DNA of 64,000 nucleotides from Escherichia coli (GTDB lineage Bacteria; Pseudomonadota; Gammaproteobacteria; Enterobacterales; Enterobacteriaceae): NCBI RefSeq assembly GCF_048403405.1, contig NZ_CP183129.1; one strand, 5' to 3'. Shown piece by piece: positions 43,934 to 55,787 of this stretch (position 1 is its first letter; each line of letters starts with the position of its first letter). The notes under the pieces were generated by a model. It saw only the letters and a program-made list of their open reading frames with translations, ran no database searches and was not told where the DNA came from. The position numbers and the translations under genes were made by a program.

Positions 43934-46900
43934 ATGTTAAGGGTCTACCATTCCAATCGTCTGGACGTGCTGGAAGCGTTGATGGAGTTTATCGTCGAAC
44001 GCGAACGGCTGGACGATCCTTTCGAACCAGAGATGATTCTGGTGCAAAGTACCGGTATGGCGCAGTGGCTGCAAATGACCCTGTCGCAAAAGTTTGGTAT
44101 TGCGGCAAACATTGATTTTCCGCTGCCAGCGAGCTTTATCTGGGATATGTTCGTCCGGGTGTTACCGGAAATCCCCAAAGAGAGCGCCTTTAACAAACAG
44201 AGCATGAGCTGGAAACTGATGACTCTGCTGCCGCAACTGTTGGAGCGCGAAGACTTTACCCTGTTGCGGCATTATCTGACTGACGATAGCGACAAGCGAA
44301 AACTGTTCCAGCTTTCTTCAAAAGCGGCGGACCTGTTTGACCAGTATCTGGTCTATCGTCCGGACTGGCTGGCACAGTGGGAAACAGGACATTTGGTTGA
44401 AGGGCTGGGAGAAGCACAGGCCTGGCAAGCGCCGTTGTGGAAGGCGTTGGTGGAATATACCGACGAACTCGGGCAACCGCGCTGGCACCGCGCCAATCTT
44501 TATCAGCGCTTTATCGAAACGCTGGAGTCCGCGACGACCTGCCCGCCGGGGTTACCTTCGCGCGTATTTATATGCGGTATTTCCGCGTTACCGCCTGTTT
44601 ATCTCCAGGCGCTACAGGCGCTGGGTAAACATATTGAAATCCATCTCCTGTTTACCAACCCCTGCCGTTATTACTGGGGCGACATTAAAGATCCTGCTTA
44701 TCTGGCGAAACTGCTGACTCGCCAGCGCCGACACAGTTTTGAAGATCGCGAATTACCGCTATTTCGCGACAGCGAAAATGCCGGACAGCTCTTTAACAGC
44801 GATGGTGAACAGGATGTCGGCAACCCGCTGCTGGCCTCATGGGGCAAGCTTGGGCGCGACTACATTTATCTCCTTTCTGATCTGGAGGGCAGCCAGGAGC
44901 TGGACGCCTTTGTCGATGTCACGCCAGATAACCTGCTGCATAACATTCAGTCTGACATTCTGGAACTTGAAAACTGCGCTGTTGCGGGTGTGAATATCGA
45001 AGAGTTTTCCCGTAGCGATAACAAACGCCTGCTTGATCCACTGGATAACAGTATCACCTTCCACGTTTGCCATAGCCCGCAGCGCGAAGTTGAAGTTTTA
45101 CACGATCGCCTGCTGGCTATGCTGGAGGAAGACCCGACATTGACTCCGCGCGACATCATCGTGATGGTGGCTGATATCGACAGCTACAGTCCGTTTATTC
45201 AGGCAGTGTTTGGTAGCGCACCTGCGGATCGTTACCTACCTTACGCCATTTCCGACCGTCGGGCGCGGCAGTCACATCCGGTACTGGAAGCGTTTATCAG
45301 CCTGTTATCACTGCCTGACAGTCGCTTTGTGTCAGAGGATGTGCTGGCGTTGCTGGATGTGCCGGTGCTGGCGGCGCGGTTTGACATCACCGAAGAAGGG
45401 CTGCGTTATTTACGCCAGTGGGTCAACGAATCCGGCATTCGTTGGGGGATAGATGACGACAACGTTCGCGAGCTGGAACTCCCCGCCACCGGACAACACA
45501 CCTGGCGATTTGGCCTGACGCGCATGTTGCTGGGCTACGCGATGGAGAGCGCGCAGGGCGAGTGGCAATCGGTTCTACCTTATGATGAATCGAGCGGCTT
45601 AATTGCAGAACTGGTGGGGCATCTGGCTTCACTGCTAATGCAGCTAAACATCTGGCGTCGCGGGCTGGCGCAGGAGCGTCCGCTGGAAGAGTGGTTGCCG
45701 GTTTGTCGCGATATGCTCAACGCCTTCTTCCTGCCGGATGCGGAAACCGAAGCGGCGATGACGCTGATCGAACAACAATGGCAGGCGATTATCGCCGAAG
45801 GTTTAGGTGCGCAGTATGGCGACGCGGTGCCGCTGTCACTATTGCGTGATGAACTGGCACAGCGCCTGGATCAGGAACGTATCAGCCAGCGTTTTCTCGC
45901 CGGACCGGTTAACATTTGTACTCTGATGCCAATGCGTTCCATCCCATTCAAAGTGGTTTGCCTGCTGGGAATGAACGACGGCGTTTATCCACGCCAGCTT
46001 GCGCCATTGGGCTTTGACCTGATGAGCCAGAAACCGAAGCGTGGCGACCGTAGCCGTCGCGATGACGACCGCTATCTGTTCCTGGAAGCGTTAATTTCCG
46101 CGCAGCAAAAACTCTATATCAGCTATATCGGGCGTTCTATTCAGGATAACAGTGAACGTTTCCCGTCGGTACTGGTGCAGGAACTGATCGACTACATCGG
46201 GCAAAGCCATTATCTACCGGGCGATGAAGCGCTCAACTGTGATGAAAGCGAGGCAAGGGTAAAAGCGCATCTTACTTGCCTCCATACCCGGATGCCGTTT
46301 GATCCGCAAAACTACCAGCCAGGCGAACGACAAAGCTATGCTCGTGAATGGCTACCTGCGGCCAGCCAGGCTGGTAAAGCACATTCTGAATTTGTTCAGC
46401 CGCTGCCGTTTACCTTACCGGAAACCGTGCCGCTGGAAACGCTACAACGATTCTGGGCGCATCCGGTGCGGGCGTTTTTCCAGATGCGCTTGCAGGTGAA
46501 CTTCCGTACCGAAGACAGCGAAATCCCCGACACCGAGCCATTTATTCTGGAAGGGCTTAGTCGTTATCAAATCAATCAGCAGTTATTGAATGCACTGGTT
46601 GAGCAGGATGATGCCGAACGCTTGTTCCGCCGCTTCCGGGCGGCAGGGGATTTACCGTATGGCGCTTTTGGTGAAATTTTCTGGGAAACACAGTGCCAGG
46701 AGATGCAGCAGCTTGCCGACAGAGTCATTGCCTGTCGCCAGCCGGGGCAAAGTATGGAAATTGATCTCGCCTGCAACGGTGTGCAGATAACTGGCTGGTT
46801 GCCGCAGGTGCAGCCGGATGGCCTGTTGCGCTGGCGTCCCTCTTTATTAAGTGTGGCGCAGGGAATGCAACTTTGGCTGGAACAACTTGTCTACTGTGCC

Positions 46901-47302
46901 AGCGGTGGTAATGGTGAAAGTCGCCTTTTTCTACGCAAAGACGGCGAGTGGCGTTTTCCGCCGCTTGCAGCCGAACAGGCTTTGCATTACCTCTCACAAC
47001 TGATTGAGGGGTATCGTGAAGGAATGTCCGCGCCATTGCTGGTGTTACCTGAAAGTGGCGGCGCGTGGCTAAAAACCTGTTATGACGCGCAAAACGATGC
47101 CATGCTGGATGACGATTCCACGTTACAAAAAGCCCGTACGAAATTCCTTCAGGCTTACGAAGGCAACATGATGGTGCGTGGCGAAGGTGATGATATCTGG
47201 TATCAACGGCTCTGGCGGCAATTAACACCAGAGACAATGGAGGCCATCGTTGAACAGTCGCAACGTTTCCTGTTACCGCTGTTTCGCTTTAATCAGTCAT
47301 GA
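43934..47302 (+). CDS. recC: Exodeoxyribonuclease V gamma subunit RecC
   Basis: 1122-aa uninterrupted ORF beginning MLRVYHSNRLDVLEALMEF. Confidence 0.95.
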   Translation: MLRVYHSNRLDVLEALMEFIVERERLDDPFEPEMILVQSTGMAQWLQMTLSQKFGIAANIDFPLPASFIWDMFVRVLPEIPKESAFNKQSMSWKLMTLLPQLLEREDFTLLRHYLTDDSDKRKLFQLSSKAADLFDQYLVYRPDWLAQWETGHLVEGLGEAQAWQAPLWKALVEYTDELGQPRWHRANLYQRFIETLESATTCPPGLPSRVFICGISALPPVYLQALQALGKHIEIHLLFTNPCRYYWGDIKDPAYLAKLLTRQRRHSFEDRELPLFRDSENAGQLFNSDGEQDVGNPLLASWGKLGRDYIYLLSDLEGSQELDAFVDVTPDNLLHNIQSDILELENCAVAGVNIEEFSRSDNKRLLDPLDNSITFHVCHSPQREVEVLHDRLLAMLEEDPTLTPRDIIVMVADIDSYSPFIQAVFGSAPADRYLPYAISDRRARQSHPVLEAFISLLSLPDSRFVSEDVLALLDVPVLAARFDITEEGLRYLRQWVNESGIRWGIDDDNVRELELPATGQHTWRFGLTRMLLGYAMESAQGEWQSVLPYDESSGLIAELVGHLASLLMQLNIWRRGLAQERPLEEWLPVCRDMLNAFFLPDAETEAAMTLIEQQWQAIIAEGLGAQYGDAVPLSLLRDELAQRLDQERISQRFLAGPVNICTLMPMRSIPFKVVCLLGMNDGVYPRQLAPLGFDLMSQKPKRGDRSRRDDDRYLFLEALISAQQKLYISYIGRSIQDNSERFPSVLVQELIDYIGQSHYLPGDEALNCDESEARVKAHLTCLHTRMPFDPQNYQPGERQSYAREWLPAASQAGKAHSEFVQPLPFTLPETVPLETLQRFWAHPVRAFFQMRLQVNFRTEDSEIPDTEPFILEGLSRYQINQQLLNALVEQDDAERLFRRFRAAGDLPYGAFGEIFWETQCQEMQQLADRVIACRQPGQSMEIDLACNGVQITGWLPQVQPDGLLRWRPSLLSVAQGMQLWLEQLVYCASGGNGESRLFLRKDGEWRFPPLAAEQALHYLSQLIEGYREGMSAPLLVLPESGGAWLKTCYDAQNDAMLDDDSTLQKARTKFLQAYEGNMMVRGEGDDIWYQRLWRQLTPETMEAIVEQSQRFLLPLFRFNQS

Positions 47303-47477
47303 GTGCTGTATAAAAATTGCGCAATATATCTGCTTGCTTTATGATGCGCACCAGTCACGGACTGATGGATATATAGACATAGGCTGACTCGTGCAGCACA
47401 AGATTAAATTCTGGCAGATGATTTGCGTTAACCTGTTGAATCTGGCCAGAAAATAAAGTTGATTATGAGGTCCGTGA

Positions 47478-50366
47478 ATGCCCAGCAGCACCTGGTTCAA
47501 AGCATTATTGTTGTTTGTTGCCCTTTGGGCACCCTTAAGTCAGGCAGAAACGGGATGGCAGCCGATTCAGGAAACCATCCGTAAAAGTGATAAAGATAAC
47601 CGCCAGTATCAGGCTATACGTCTGGATAACGGTATGGTGGTCTTGCTGGTTTCTGATCCGCAGGCGGTTAAATCGCTCTCGGCGCTGGTAGTGCCCGTTG
47701 GGTCGCTGGAAGATCCCGAGGCGTACCAGGGGCTGGCACATTACCTTGAACATATGAGTCTGATGGGGTCGAAAAAGTACCCGCAGGCTGACAGTCTGGC
47801 CGAATATCTCAAAATGCACGGCGGCAGTCACAATGCCAGCACGGCACCGTATCGCACGGCTTTCTATCTGGAAGTTGAGAACGACGCCTTGCCCGGTGCG
47901 GTGGACCGCCTGGCGGACGCTATTGCAGAACCCTTGCTCGACAAGAAATACGCCGAACGTGAACGTAATGCAGTGAATGCCGAATTAACCATGGCGCGTA
48001 CGCGTGACGGGATGCGCATGGCACAGGTCAGCGCAGAAACCATTAACCCGGCACACCCCGGTTCAAAGTTTTCTGGTGGTAACCTCGAAACTTTAAGCGA
48101 CAAACCCGGAAATCCGGTACAGCAGGCGCTGAAAGATTTCCACGAGAAGTACTATTCCGCCAATCTGATGAAGGCGGTTATTTACAGCAATAAACCGCTG
48201 CCGGAGTTGGCAAAAATGGCGGCGGACACCTTTGGTCGCGTGCCGAACAAAGAGAGCAAAAAACCGGAAATCACCGTGCCGGTAGTCACCGACGCGCAAA
48301 AGGGCATTATCATTCATTACGTCCCGGCGCTGCCGCGTAAAGTTCTGCGCGTTGAGTTTCGCATCGATAACAATTCAGCGAAGTTCCGTAGTAAAACGGA
48401 TGAATTGATTACCTATCTGATCGGTAATCGCAGCCCAGGTACACTTTCTGACTGGCTGCAAAAGCAGGGATTAGTTGAGGGCATTAGCGCCAATTCCGAT
48501 CCTATCGTCAACGGCAACAGCGGCGTATTAGCGATCTCTGCGTCTTTAACCGATAAAGGTCTGGCGAATCGCGATCAGGTTGTGGCGGCCATTTTTAGCT
48601 ACCTCAATCTGTTACGCGAAAAAGGGATTGATAAACAATACTTCGATGAACTGGCGAATGTGCTGGATATCGACTTTCGTTATCCGTCAATCACCCGTGA
48701 TATGGATTACGTCGAATGGCTGGCAGATACCATGATTCGCGTTCCTGTTGAGCATACGCTGGATGCAGTCAATATTGCCGATCGGTACGACGCTAAAGCA
48801 GTAAAAGAACGCCTGGCGATGATGACGCCGCAGAATGCGCGTATCTGGTATATCAGCCCGAAAGAGCCGCACAACAAAACGGCTTACTTTGTCGATGCGC
48901 CGTATCAGGTCGATAAAATCAGCGCACAAACTTTCGCCGACTGGCAGAAAAAATCCGCCGACATTGCGCTCTCTTTGCCAGAGCTTAACCCTTATATTCC
49001 TGACGATTTCTCGCTGATTAAGTCAGAGAAGAAATATGACCATCCAGAGCTGATTGTTGATGAGTCGAATCTGCGTGTGGTGTATGCGCCAAGCCGTTAT
49101 TTTTCCAGCGAACCCAAAGCTGATGTCAGCCTGATTTTGCGTAATCCGAAAGCCATGGACAGCGCCCGCAATCAGGTGATGTTTGCGCTCAATGATTATC
49201 TCGCAGGGCTGGCGCTTGATCAGTTAAGCAACCAGGCGTCGGTTGGTGGCATAAGTTTTTCCACCAACGCTAACAACGGCCTTATGGTTAATGCCAATGG
49301 TTACACCCAGCGCCTGCCGCAGCTGTTCCAGGCATTGCTCGAGGGGTACTTTAGCTATACCGCTACGGAAGATCAGCTTGAGCAGGCGAAGTCCTGGTAT
49401 AACCAGATGATGGATTCCGCAGAAAAGGGCAAAGCGTTCGAGCAGGCGATTATGCCCGCGCAGATGCTCTCGCAAGTGCCGTACTTCTCGCGAGATGAAC
49501 GGCGCAAAATTTTGCCTTCAATCACTTTGAAAGAGGTGCTGGCCTATCGCGACGCCTTAAAATCAGGGGCTCGACCAGAGTTTATGGTTATTGGCAACAT
49601 GACCGAAGCCCAGGCAACAACGCTGGCACGCGATGTGCAAAAACAGTTGGGCGCTGATGGTTCGGAGTGGTGTCGTAACAAAGATGTCGTGGTCGATAAA
49701 AAACAATCTGTCATCTTTGAAAAAGCCGGTAACAGCACCGACTCCGCACTGGCAGCGGTATTTGTACCGACTGGCTACGATGAATACACCAGCTCAGCCT
49801 ATAGCTCTCTGTTGGGGCAGATCGTACAGCCGTGGTTCTACAATCAGTTGCGTACCGAAGAACAGTTGGGCTATGCCGTGTTTGCGTTTCCAATGAGCGT
49901 GGGGCGTCAGTGGGGCATGGGCTTCCTGTTGCAAAGCAATGATAAACAGCCTTCATTCTTGTGGGAGCGTTACAAGGCGTTTTTCCCAACCGCAGAGGCA
50001 AAATTGCGGACGATGAAGCCAGAAGAGTTTGCGCAAATCCAGCAGGCGGTAATAACCCAGATGCTGCAGGCACCGCAAACGCTCGGCGAAGAAGCATCGA
50101 AGTTAAGTAAAGATTTCGATCGCGGCAATATGCGCTTCGATTCGCGTGATAAAATCGTGGCCCAGATAAAACTGCTGACGCCGCAAAAACTTGCTGATTT
50201 CTTCCATCAGGCGGTGGTCGAGCCGCAAGGCATGGCTATTCTGTCGCAGATTTCCGGCAGCCAGAACGGGAAAGCCGAATATGTGCATCCTGAAGGCTGG
50301 AAAGTGTGGGAGAACGTCAGCGCGTTGCAGCAAACAATGCCCTTGATGAGTGAAAAGAATGAGTGA
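47478..50366 (+). CDS. ptrA: Protease III (pitrilysin), M16 zinc metallopeptidase
   Basis: 962 aa; signal peptide and inverted zinc-binding motif HYLEHM...E. Confidence 0.95.
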   Translation: MPSSTWFKALLLFVALWAPLSQAETGWQPIQETIRKSDKDNRQYQAIRLDNGMVVLLVSDPQAVKSLSALVVPVGSLEDPEAYQGLAHYLEHMSLMGSKKYPQADSLAEYLKMHGGSHNASTAPYRTAFYLEVENDALPGAVDRLADAIAEPLLDKKYAERERNAVNAELTMARTRDGMRMAQVSAETINPAHPGSKFSGGNLETLSDKPGNPVQQALKDFHEKYYSANLMKAVIYSNKPLPELAKMAADTFGRVPNKESKKPEITVPVVTDAQKGIIIHYVPALPRKVLRVEFRIDNNSAKFRSKTDELITYLIGNRSPGTLSDWLQKQGLVEGISANSDPIVNGNSGVLAISASLTDKGLANRDQVVAAIFSYLNLLREKGIDKQYFDELANVLDIDFRYPSITRDMDYVEWLADTMIRVPVEHTLDAVNIADRYDAKAVKERLAMMTPQNARIWYISPKEPHNKTAYFVDAPYQVDKISAQTFADWQKKSADIALSLPELNPYIPDDFSLIKSEKKYDHPELIVDESNLRVVYAPSRYFSSEPKADVSLILRNPKAMDSARNQVMFALNDYLAGLALDQLSNQASVGGISFSTNANNGLMVNANGYTQRLPQLFQALLEGYFSYTATEDQLEQAKSWYNQMMDSAEKGKAFEQAIMPAQMLSQVPYFSRDERRKILPSITLKEVLAYRDALKSGARPEFMVIGNMTEAQATTLARDVQKQLGADGSEWCRNKDVVVDKKQSVIFEKAGNSTDSALAAVFVPTGYDEYTSSAYSSLLGQIVQPWFYNQLRTEEQLGYAVFAFPMSVGRQWGMGFLLQSNDKQPSFLWERYKAFFPTAEAKLRTMKPEEFAQIQQAVITQMLQAPQTLGEEASKLSKDFDRGNMRFDSRDKIVAQIKLLTPQKLADFFHQAVVEPQGMAILSQISGSQNGKAEYVHPEGWKVWENVSALQQTMPLMSEKNE

Positions 50367-53300
50367 TGTCGCTGAGACACTAGATCCTTTGCGCTTGCCC
50401 TTACAGGGCGAGCGCCTGATTGAAGCCTCTGCCGGCACAGGCAAAACCTTTACGATTGCGGCGCTCTATTTGCGCCTGTTACTTGGACTAGGCGGTTCCG
50501 CCGCCTTTCCCCGCCCGCTGACCGTTGAAGAACTGCTGGTGGTCACCTTTACCGAGGCTGCCACGGCAGAATTGCGCGGTCGTATCCGTAGCAATATCCA
50601 CGAGTTGCGCATCGCCTGTCTGCGTGAAACCACCGACAATCCACTGTACGAACGCCTGCTGGAAGAGATCGACGATAAAGCGCAAGCCGCGCAGTGGTTG
50701 TTGTTAGCCGAACGGCAGATGGATGAAGCGGCAGTCTTTACTATTCACGGTTTTTGCCAGCGCATGCTCAACCTGAATGCCTTTGAATCCGGCATGCTGT
50801 TTGAGCAGCAGCTGATTGAAGATGAGTCTCTGCTACGCTACCAGGCCTGCGCCGATTTCTGGCGTCGCCACTGCTACCCGCTGCCGCGTGAAATTGCCCA
50901 GGTGGTCTTTGAAACCTGGAAAGGGCCGCAGGCGTTGCTGCGCGATATTAATCGTTATCTGCAAGGCGAGGCACCGGTTATCAAAGCACCGCCGCCCGAT
51001 GATGAAACGCTGGCTTCCCGCCACGCGCAAATTGTGGCGCGTATCGACGCCGTAAAACAGCAGTGGCGCGACGCAGTGGGTGAACTGGATGCGCTGATCG
51101 AATCTTCTGGTATTGATCGACGCAAGTTTAACCGTAGCAATCAGGCTAAATGGATCGAGAAGATCAGCGCCTGGGCAGAAGAAGAGACCAACAGTTATCA
51201 GTTACCGGAGTCGCTGGAAAAATTCTCTCAGCGTTTCTTAGAAGATCGCACGAAAGCCGGGGGGAAACCCCGCGACATCCACTGTTTGAGGCGATCGATC
51301 AACTGCTTGCAGAACCATTGTCGATCCGTGATCTGGTGATAACCCGCGCATTGGCTGAGATCCGCGAAACAGTAGCGCGTGAAAAACGCCGCCGTGGCGA
51401 ATTGGGTTTTGATGACATGTTAAGTCGGCTCGATTCCGCGCTGCGTAGCGAAAGCGGCGAGGTGTTGGCAGCGGCGATCCGTACGCGATTCCCGGTGGCA
51501 ATGATCGATGAATTTCAGGATACCGACCCCCAGCAGTACCGAATTTTTCGCAGTATCTGGCACCATCAGCCGGAAACCGCATTGTTGCTGATTGGCGACC
51601 CGAAGCAGGCCATATATGCATTCCGGGGGGCGGATATCTTCACTTATATGAAGGCGCGTAGCGAAGTTCACGCCCACTACACCTTAGATACCAATTGGCG
51701 CTCCGCACCAGGAATGGTGAACAGTGTGAACAAGCTTTTCAGCCAGACTGATGACGCGTTCATGTTTCGCGAAATACCGTTTATTCCAGTGAAATCAGCC
51801 GGGAAAAATCAGGCGTTACGTTTTGTCTTTAAAGGTGAAACGCAGCCTGCGATGAAAATGTGGCTGATGGAAGGCGAAAGCTGCGGCGTTGGCGACTATC
51901 AAAGTACCATGGCGCAGGTATGTGCTGCGCAAATCCGCGACTGGCTACAAGCCGGACAGCGGGGCGAAGCGTTGCTGATGAACGGCGACGACGCGCGTCC
52001 GGTGCGTGCTTCGGACATCAGTGTGCTGGTGCGCAGCCGTCAGGAGGCCGCCCAGGTGCGCGACGCCTTAACGTTGCTGGAAATCCCTTCCGTTTACCTT
52101 TCGAACCGCGACAGTGTTTTTGAAACTCTGGAAGCGCAGGAAATGCTTTGGTTGTTGCAGGCGGTGATGACGCCCGAACGTGAGAACACCCTGCGTAGTG
52201 CGCTGGCAACGTCAATGATGGGGCTGAACGCGCTGGATATCGAAACGCTGAACAATGACGAACATGCGTGGGATGCGGTAGTCGAAGAGTTCGATGGTTA
52301 TCGGCAAATCTGGCGCAAACGTGGCGTTATGCCGATGCTGCGGGCGCTGATGTCGGCGCGTAAGATTGCAGAAAACTTGCTGGCAACGGCAGGCGGTGAG
52401 CGGCGTCTTACCGATATCTTGCATATCAGCGAACTGCTACAAGAAGCCGGAACGCAGCTGGAAAGTGAACATGCGCTGGTACGCTGGTTATCGCAACATA
52501 TCCTCGAGCCAGACAGTAATGCCTCCAGCCAACAAATGCGCCTCGAAAGTGATAAACATCTGGTGCAGATTGTCACGATCCATAAATCAAAAGGGCTGGA
52601 ATATCCGCTGGTTTGGTTGCCATTTATTACCAATTTCCGCGTCCAGGATCAGGCGTTCTATCACGATCGCCACTCGTTTGAGGCTGTTCTGGATCTTAAC
52701 GCTGCGCCAGAAAGTGTCGATCTCGCGGAGGCCGAACGTCTGGCGGAAGATCTGCGTTTGCTTTACGTGGCGCTGACGCGTTCGGTTTGGCATTGCAGTC
52801 TCGGCGTTGCACCGCTGGTGCGCCGTCGTGGCGATAAAAAAGGTGACACCGACGTCCACCAAAGTGCGCTCGGGCGTTTGCTGCAAAAAGGGGAACCGCA
52901 AGATGCGGCAGGGCTTCGCACCTGTATTGAAGCGTTATGCGATGATGATATTGCCTGGCAAACGGCACAAACGGGTGATAACCAGCCCTGGCAGGTTAAT
53001 GATGCTATAACTGCAGAACTGAATGCGAGGACACTACAACGATTGCCCGGCGATAACTGGCGTGTCACCAGCTACTCCGGTTTGCAGCAGCGTGGTCACG
53101 GTATCGCTCAGGATCTGATGCCACGGCTGGATGTTGATGCCGCAGGCGTGGTCAGCGTCGTTGAAGAACCGACGTTAACACCGCATCAGTTCCCGCGCGG
53201 TGCGTCACCGGGGACATTCTTGCACAGTTTGTTTGAAGACCTCGATTTTACCCAGCCGGTTGACCCGAACTGGGTACAGGAAAAACTGGAACTCGGCGGC

Positions 53301-53900
53301 TTTGAATCGCAGTGGGAACCGGTGTTGACCGAGTGGATCACGGCAGTCCTCCAGGCACCTCTCAATGAAACGGGTGTTAGCCTGAGTCAGCTTTCCGACC
53401 GCGATAAACAGGTGGAGATGGAGTTTTACCTGCCGATTAGTGAACCGCTCATCGCCAGCCAGCTTGATGCACTAATTCGCCAGTTTGATCCGCTATCCGC
53501 TGGCTGCCCGCCGCTGGAGTTCATGCAGGTACGCGGCATGTTAAAAGGCTTTATCGACCTGGTATTCCGCCACGAAGGGCGTTATTACCTGCTCGACTAT
53601 AAATCCAACTGGCTGGGTGAAGACAGTTCGGCTTACACCCAACAGGCTATGGCAGCGGCGATGCAGGCACACCGCTATGATCTGCAATATCAGCTTTATA
53701 CCCTGGCGCTGCACCGTTATCTGCGCCATCGCATTGCTGATTACGACTATGATCGTCACTTTGGCGGCGTTATCTATCTGTTCCTGCGTGGCGTTGATAA
53801 AGAACATCCGCAACAAGGGATTTATACAACCCGACCCAACGCCGGGTTGATTGACCTGATGGATGAGATGTTTGCCGGTATGACCCTGGAGGAGGCGTAA
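50359..53900 (+). pseudogene. recB: recB (exodeoxyribonuclease V beta subunit) interrupted by a -1 frameshift in a G6 run (or a homopolymer sequencing error)
   Basis: The N-terminal reading frame (MSDVAETLDPLRL..., Walker A ASAGTGKT) runs 50359-51339 and terminates; the remainder of RecB continues in another frame from ~51262 to 53900. The frames switch at GCCGGGGGGAAACC (51256-51269): removing one base makes the span 3542 nt, one short of a multiple of three. Confidence 0.8.
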
Positions 53901-55726
53901 TGAAATTGCAAAAGCAATTACTGGAAGCTGTGGAGCACAAACAGCTACGCCCGCTGGACGTGCAGTTTGCCCTGACCGTGGCGGGAGATGAACATCCTGC
54001 CGTCACCCTCGCGGCAGCCCTGTTAAGCCACGACGCCGGGGAAGGGCATGTCTGTTTACCGCTCTCACGACTGGAAAATAACGAGGCGTCGCATCCGCTG
54101 TTGGCGACCTGTGTCAGTGAAATCGGTGAGTTACAAAATTGGGAAGAATGCTTGCTGGCTTCACAAGCGGTAAGCCGGGGAGATGAACCAACGCCGATGA
54201 TCCTCTGTGGCGATCGTCTTTATTTGAATCGCATGTGGTGTAACGAGCGCACAGTGGCACGCTTTTTCAACGAAGTGAATCATGCCATTGAGGTTGATGA
54301 AGCTCTACTGGCGCAAACCCTGGACAAACTTTTTCCAGTAAGCGATGAAATTAACTGGCAAAAAGTTGCGGCGGCAGTGGCGCTGACGCGGCGGATTTCG
54401 GTGATTTCCGGCGGTCCTGGCACCGGTAAAACGACCACCGTAGCGAAGTTGCTGGCAGCCTTAATTCAAATGGCCGACGGAGAACGCTGCCGTATCCGTC
54501 TGGCTGCACCAACGGGTAAAGCTGCCGCGCGCTTAACCGAATCTCTCGGCAAGGCTTTGCGACAGTTACCGCTGACCGATGAACAAAAGAAACGCATTCC
54601 GGAAGATGCCAGTACTTTGCACCGATTGCTGGGTGCGCAGCCGGGTAGCCAGCGTTTACGTCATCATGCCGGTAACCCGCTGCATCTTGATGTGCTGGTG
54701 GTAGATGAAGCGTCAATGATCGATCTGCCTATGATGTCGAGACTGATCGACGCCTTGCCCGATCATGCGCGAGTGATCTTTCTCGGCGATCGTGATCAAC
54801 TGGCCTCGGTTGAGGCTGGGGCTGTGCTGGGCGATATCTGCGCTTATGCCAACGCGGGCTTTACCGCCGAGCGTGCCGGGCAGTTGAGCCGCCTGACGGG
54901 AACTCACGTTCCGGCAGGAACTGGCACAGAAGCGGCATCTTTGCGCGACAGTCTCTGCCTGCTGCAAAAAAGCTATCGTTTCGGCAGTGATTCTGGCATT
55001 GGTCAGTTAGCTGCGGCGATCAACCGTGGTGATAAAACGGCAGTGAAAACCGTTTTTCAGCAGGATTTTTCTGATATCGAAAAACGGCTTTTACAGAGCG
55101 GCGAAGATTATATTGCGATGCTTGAGGAAGCTCTTGCGGGTTACGGACGTTATCTGGATCTGCTGCAAGCGCGTGCCGAGCCGGATTTAATCATTCAGGC
55201 GTTCAATGAGTACCAGCTTTTGTGCGCCCTGCGGGAAGGGCCGTTTGGCGTGGCTGGACTGAATGAGCGAATTGAGCAGTTTATGCAACAGAAGCGCAAA
55301 ATTCATCGTAATCCGCACTCTCGTTGGTACGAAGGCCGACCGGTGATGATTGCCCGTAATGACAGCGCGCTTGGGTTGTTTAATGGCGATATCGGTATCG
55401 CTCTGGATCGCGGACAGGGGACGCGCGTTTGGTTTGCGATGCCGGACGGCAATATTAAGTCTGTGCAACCGAGTCGCCTGCCAGAGCACGAAACTACGTG
55501 GGCGATGACGGTACATAAATCGCAGGGATCGGAGTTCGACCATGCGGCGTTGATTTTACCGAGCCAACGCACGCCGGTAGTAACACGAGAGCTGGTTTAC
55601 ACCGCGGTGACCCGCGCGCGTCGCCGTCTGTCGCTGTATGCCGATGAGCGCATATTAAGTGCGGCAATCGCCACTCGTACTGAGCGGCGCAGTGGTCTGG
55701 CGGCGTTGTTTAGTTCACGGGAATAA
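53900..55726 (+). CDS. recD: Exodeoxyribonuclease V alpha subunit RecD
   Basis: 608 aa; start overlaps the recB stop (TAATG); Walker [11 protein letters not shown]. Confidence 0.9.
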   Translation: MKLQKQLLEAVEHKQLRPLDVQFALTVAGDEHPAVTLAAALLSHDAGEGHVCLPLSRLENNEASHPLLATCVSEIGELQNWEECLLASQAVSRGDEPTPMILCGDRLYLNRMWCNERTVARFFNEVNHAIEVDEALLAQTLDKLFPVSDEINWQKVAAAVALTRRISVISGGPGTGKTTTVAKLLAALIQMADGERCRIRLAAPTGKAAARLTESLGKALRQLPLTDEQKKRIPEDASTLHRLLGAQPGSQRLRHHAGNPLHLDVLVVDEASMIDLPMMSRLIDALPDHARVIFLGDRDQLASVEAGAVLGDICAYANAGFTAERAGQLSRLTGTHVPAGTGTEAASLRDSLCLLQKSYRFGSDSGIGQLAAAINRGDKTAVKTVFQQDFSDIEKRLLQSGEDYIAMLEEALAGYGRYLDLLQARAEPDLIIQAFNEYQLLCALREGPFGVAGLNERIEQFMQQKRKIHRNPHSRWYEGRPVMIARNDSALGLFNGDIGIALDRGQGTRVWFAMPDGNIKSVQPSRLPEHETTWAMTVHKSQGSEFDHAALILPSQRTPVVTRELVYTAVTRARRRLSLYADERILSAAIATRTERRSGLAALFSSRE

Positions 55727-55736
55727 ACGTAATTGC

Positions 55737-55773
55737 CGGATGCGACGCACGAGTGTTACGCATGTCGCATCCG
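55737..55773. terminator. Bidirectional terminator between convergent recD and argA
   Basis: 10-bp inverted repeat CGGATGCGAC / GTCGCATCCG flanking a 17-nt loop, T-rich 3' flank. Confidence 0.5.
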
Positions 55774-55787
55774 ACGATTTTCATCGC

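Noticed and set aside
50350-53900. Two separate genes (329 aa and 916 aa) in place of recB
   Set aside because: Both pieces are contiguous RecB sequence in different frames meeting at a G6 run; interpreted as one gene with a frameshift or sequencing error.
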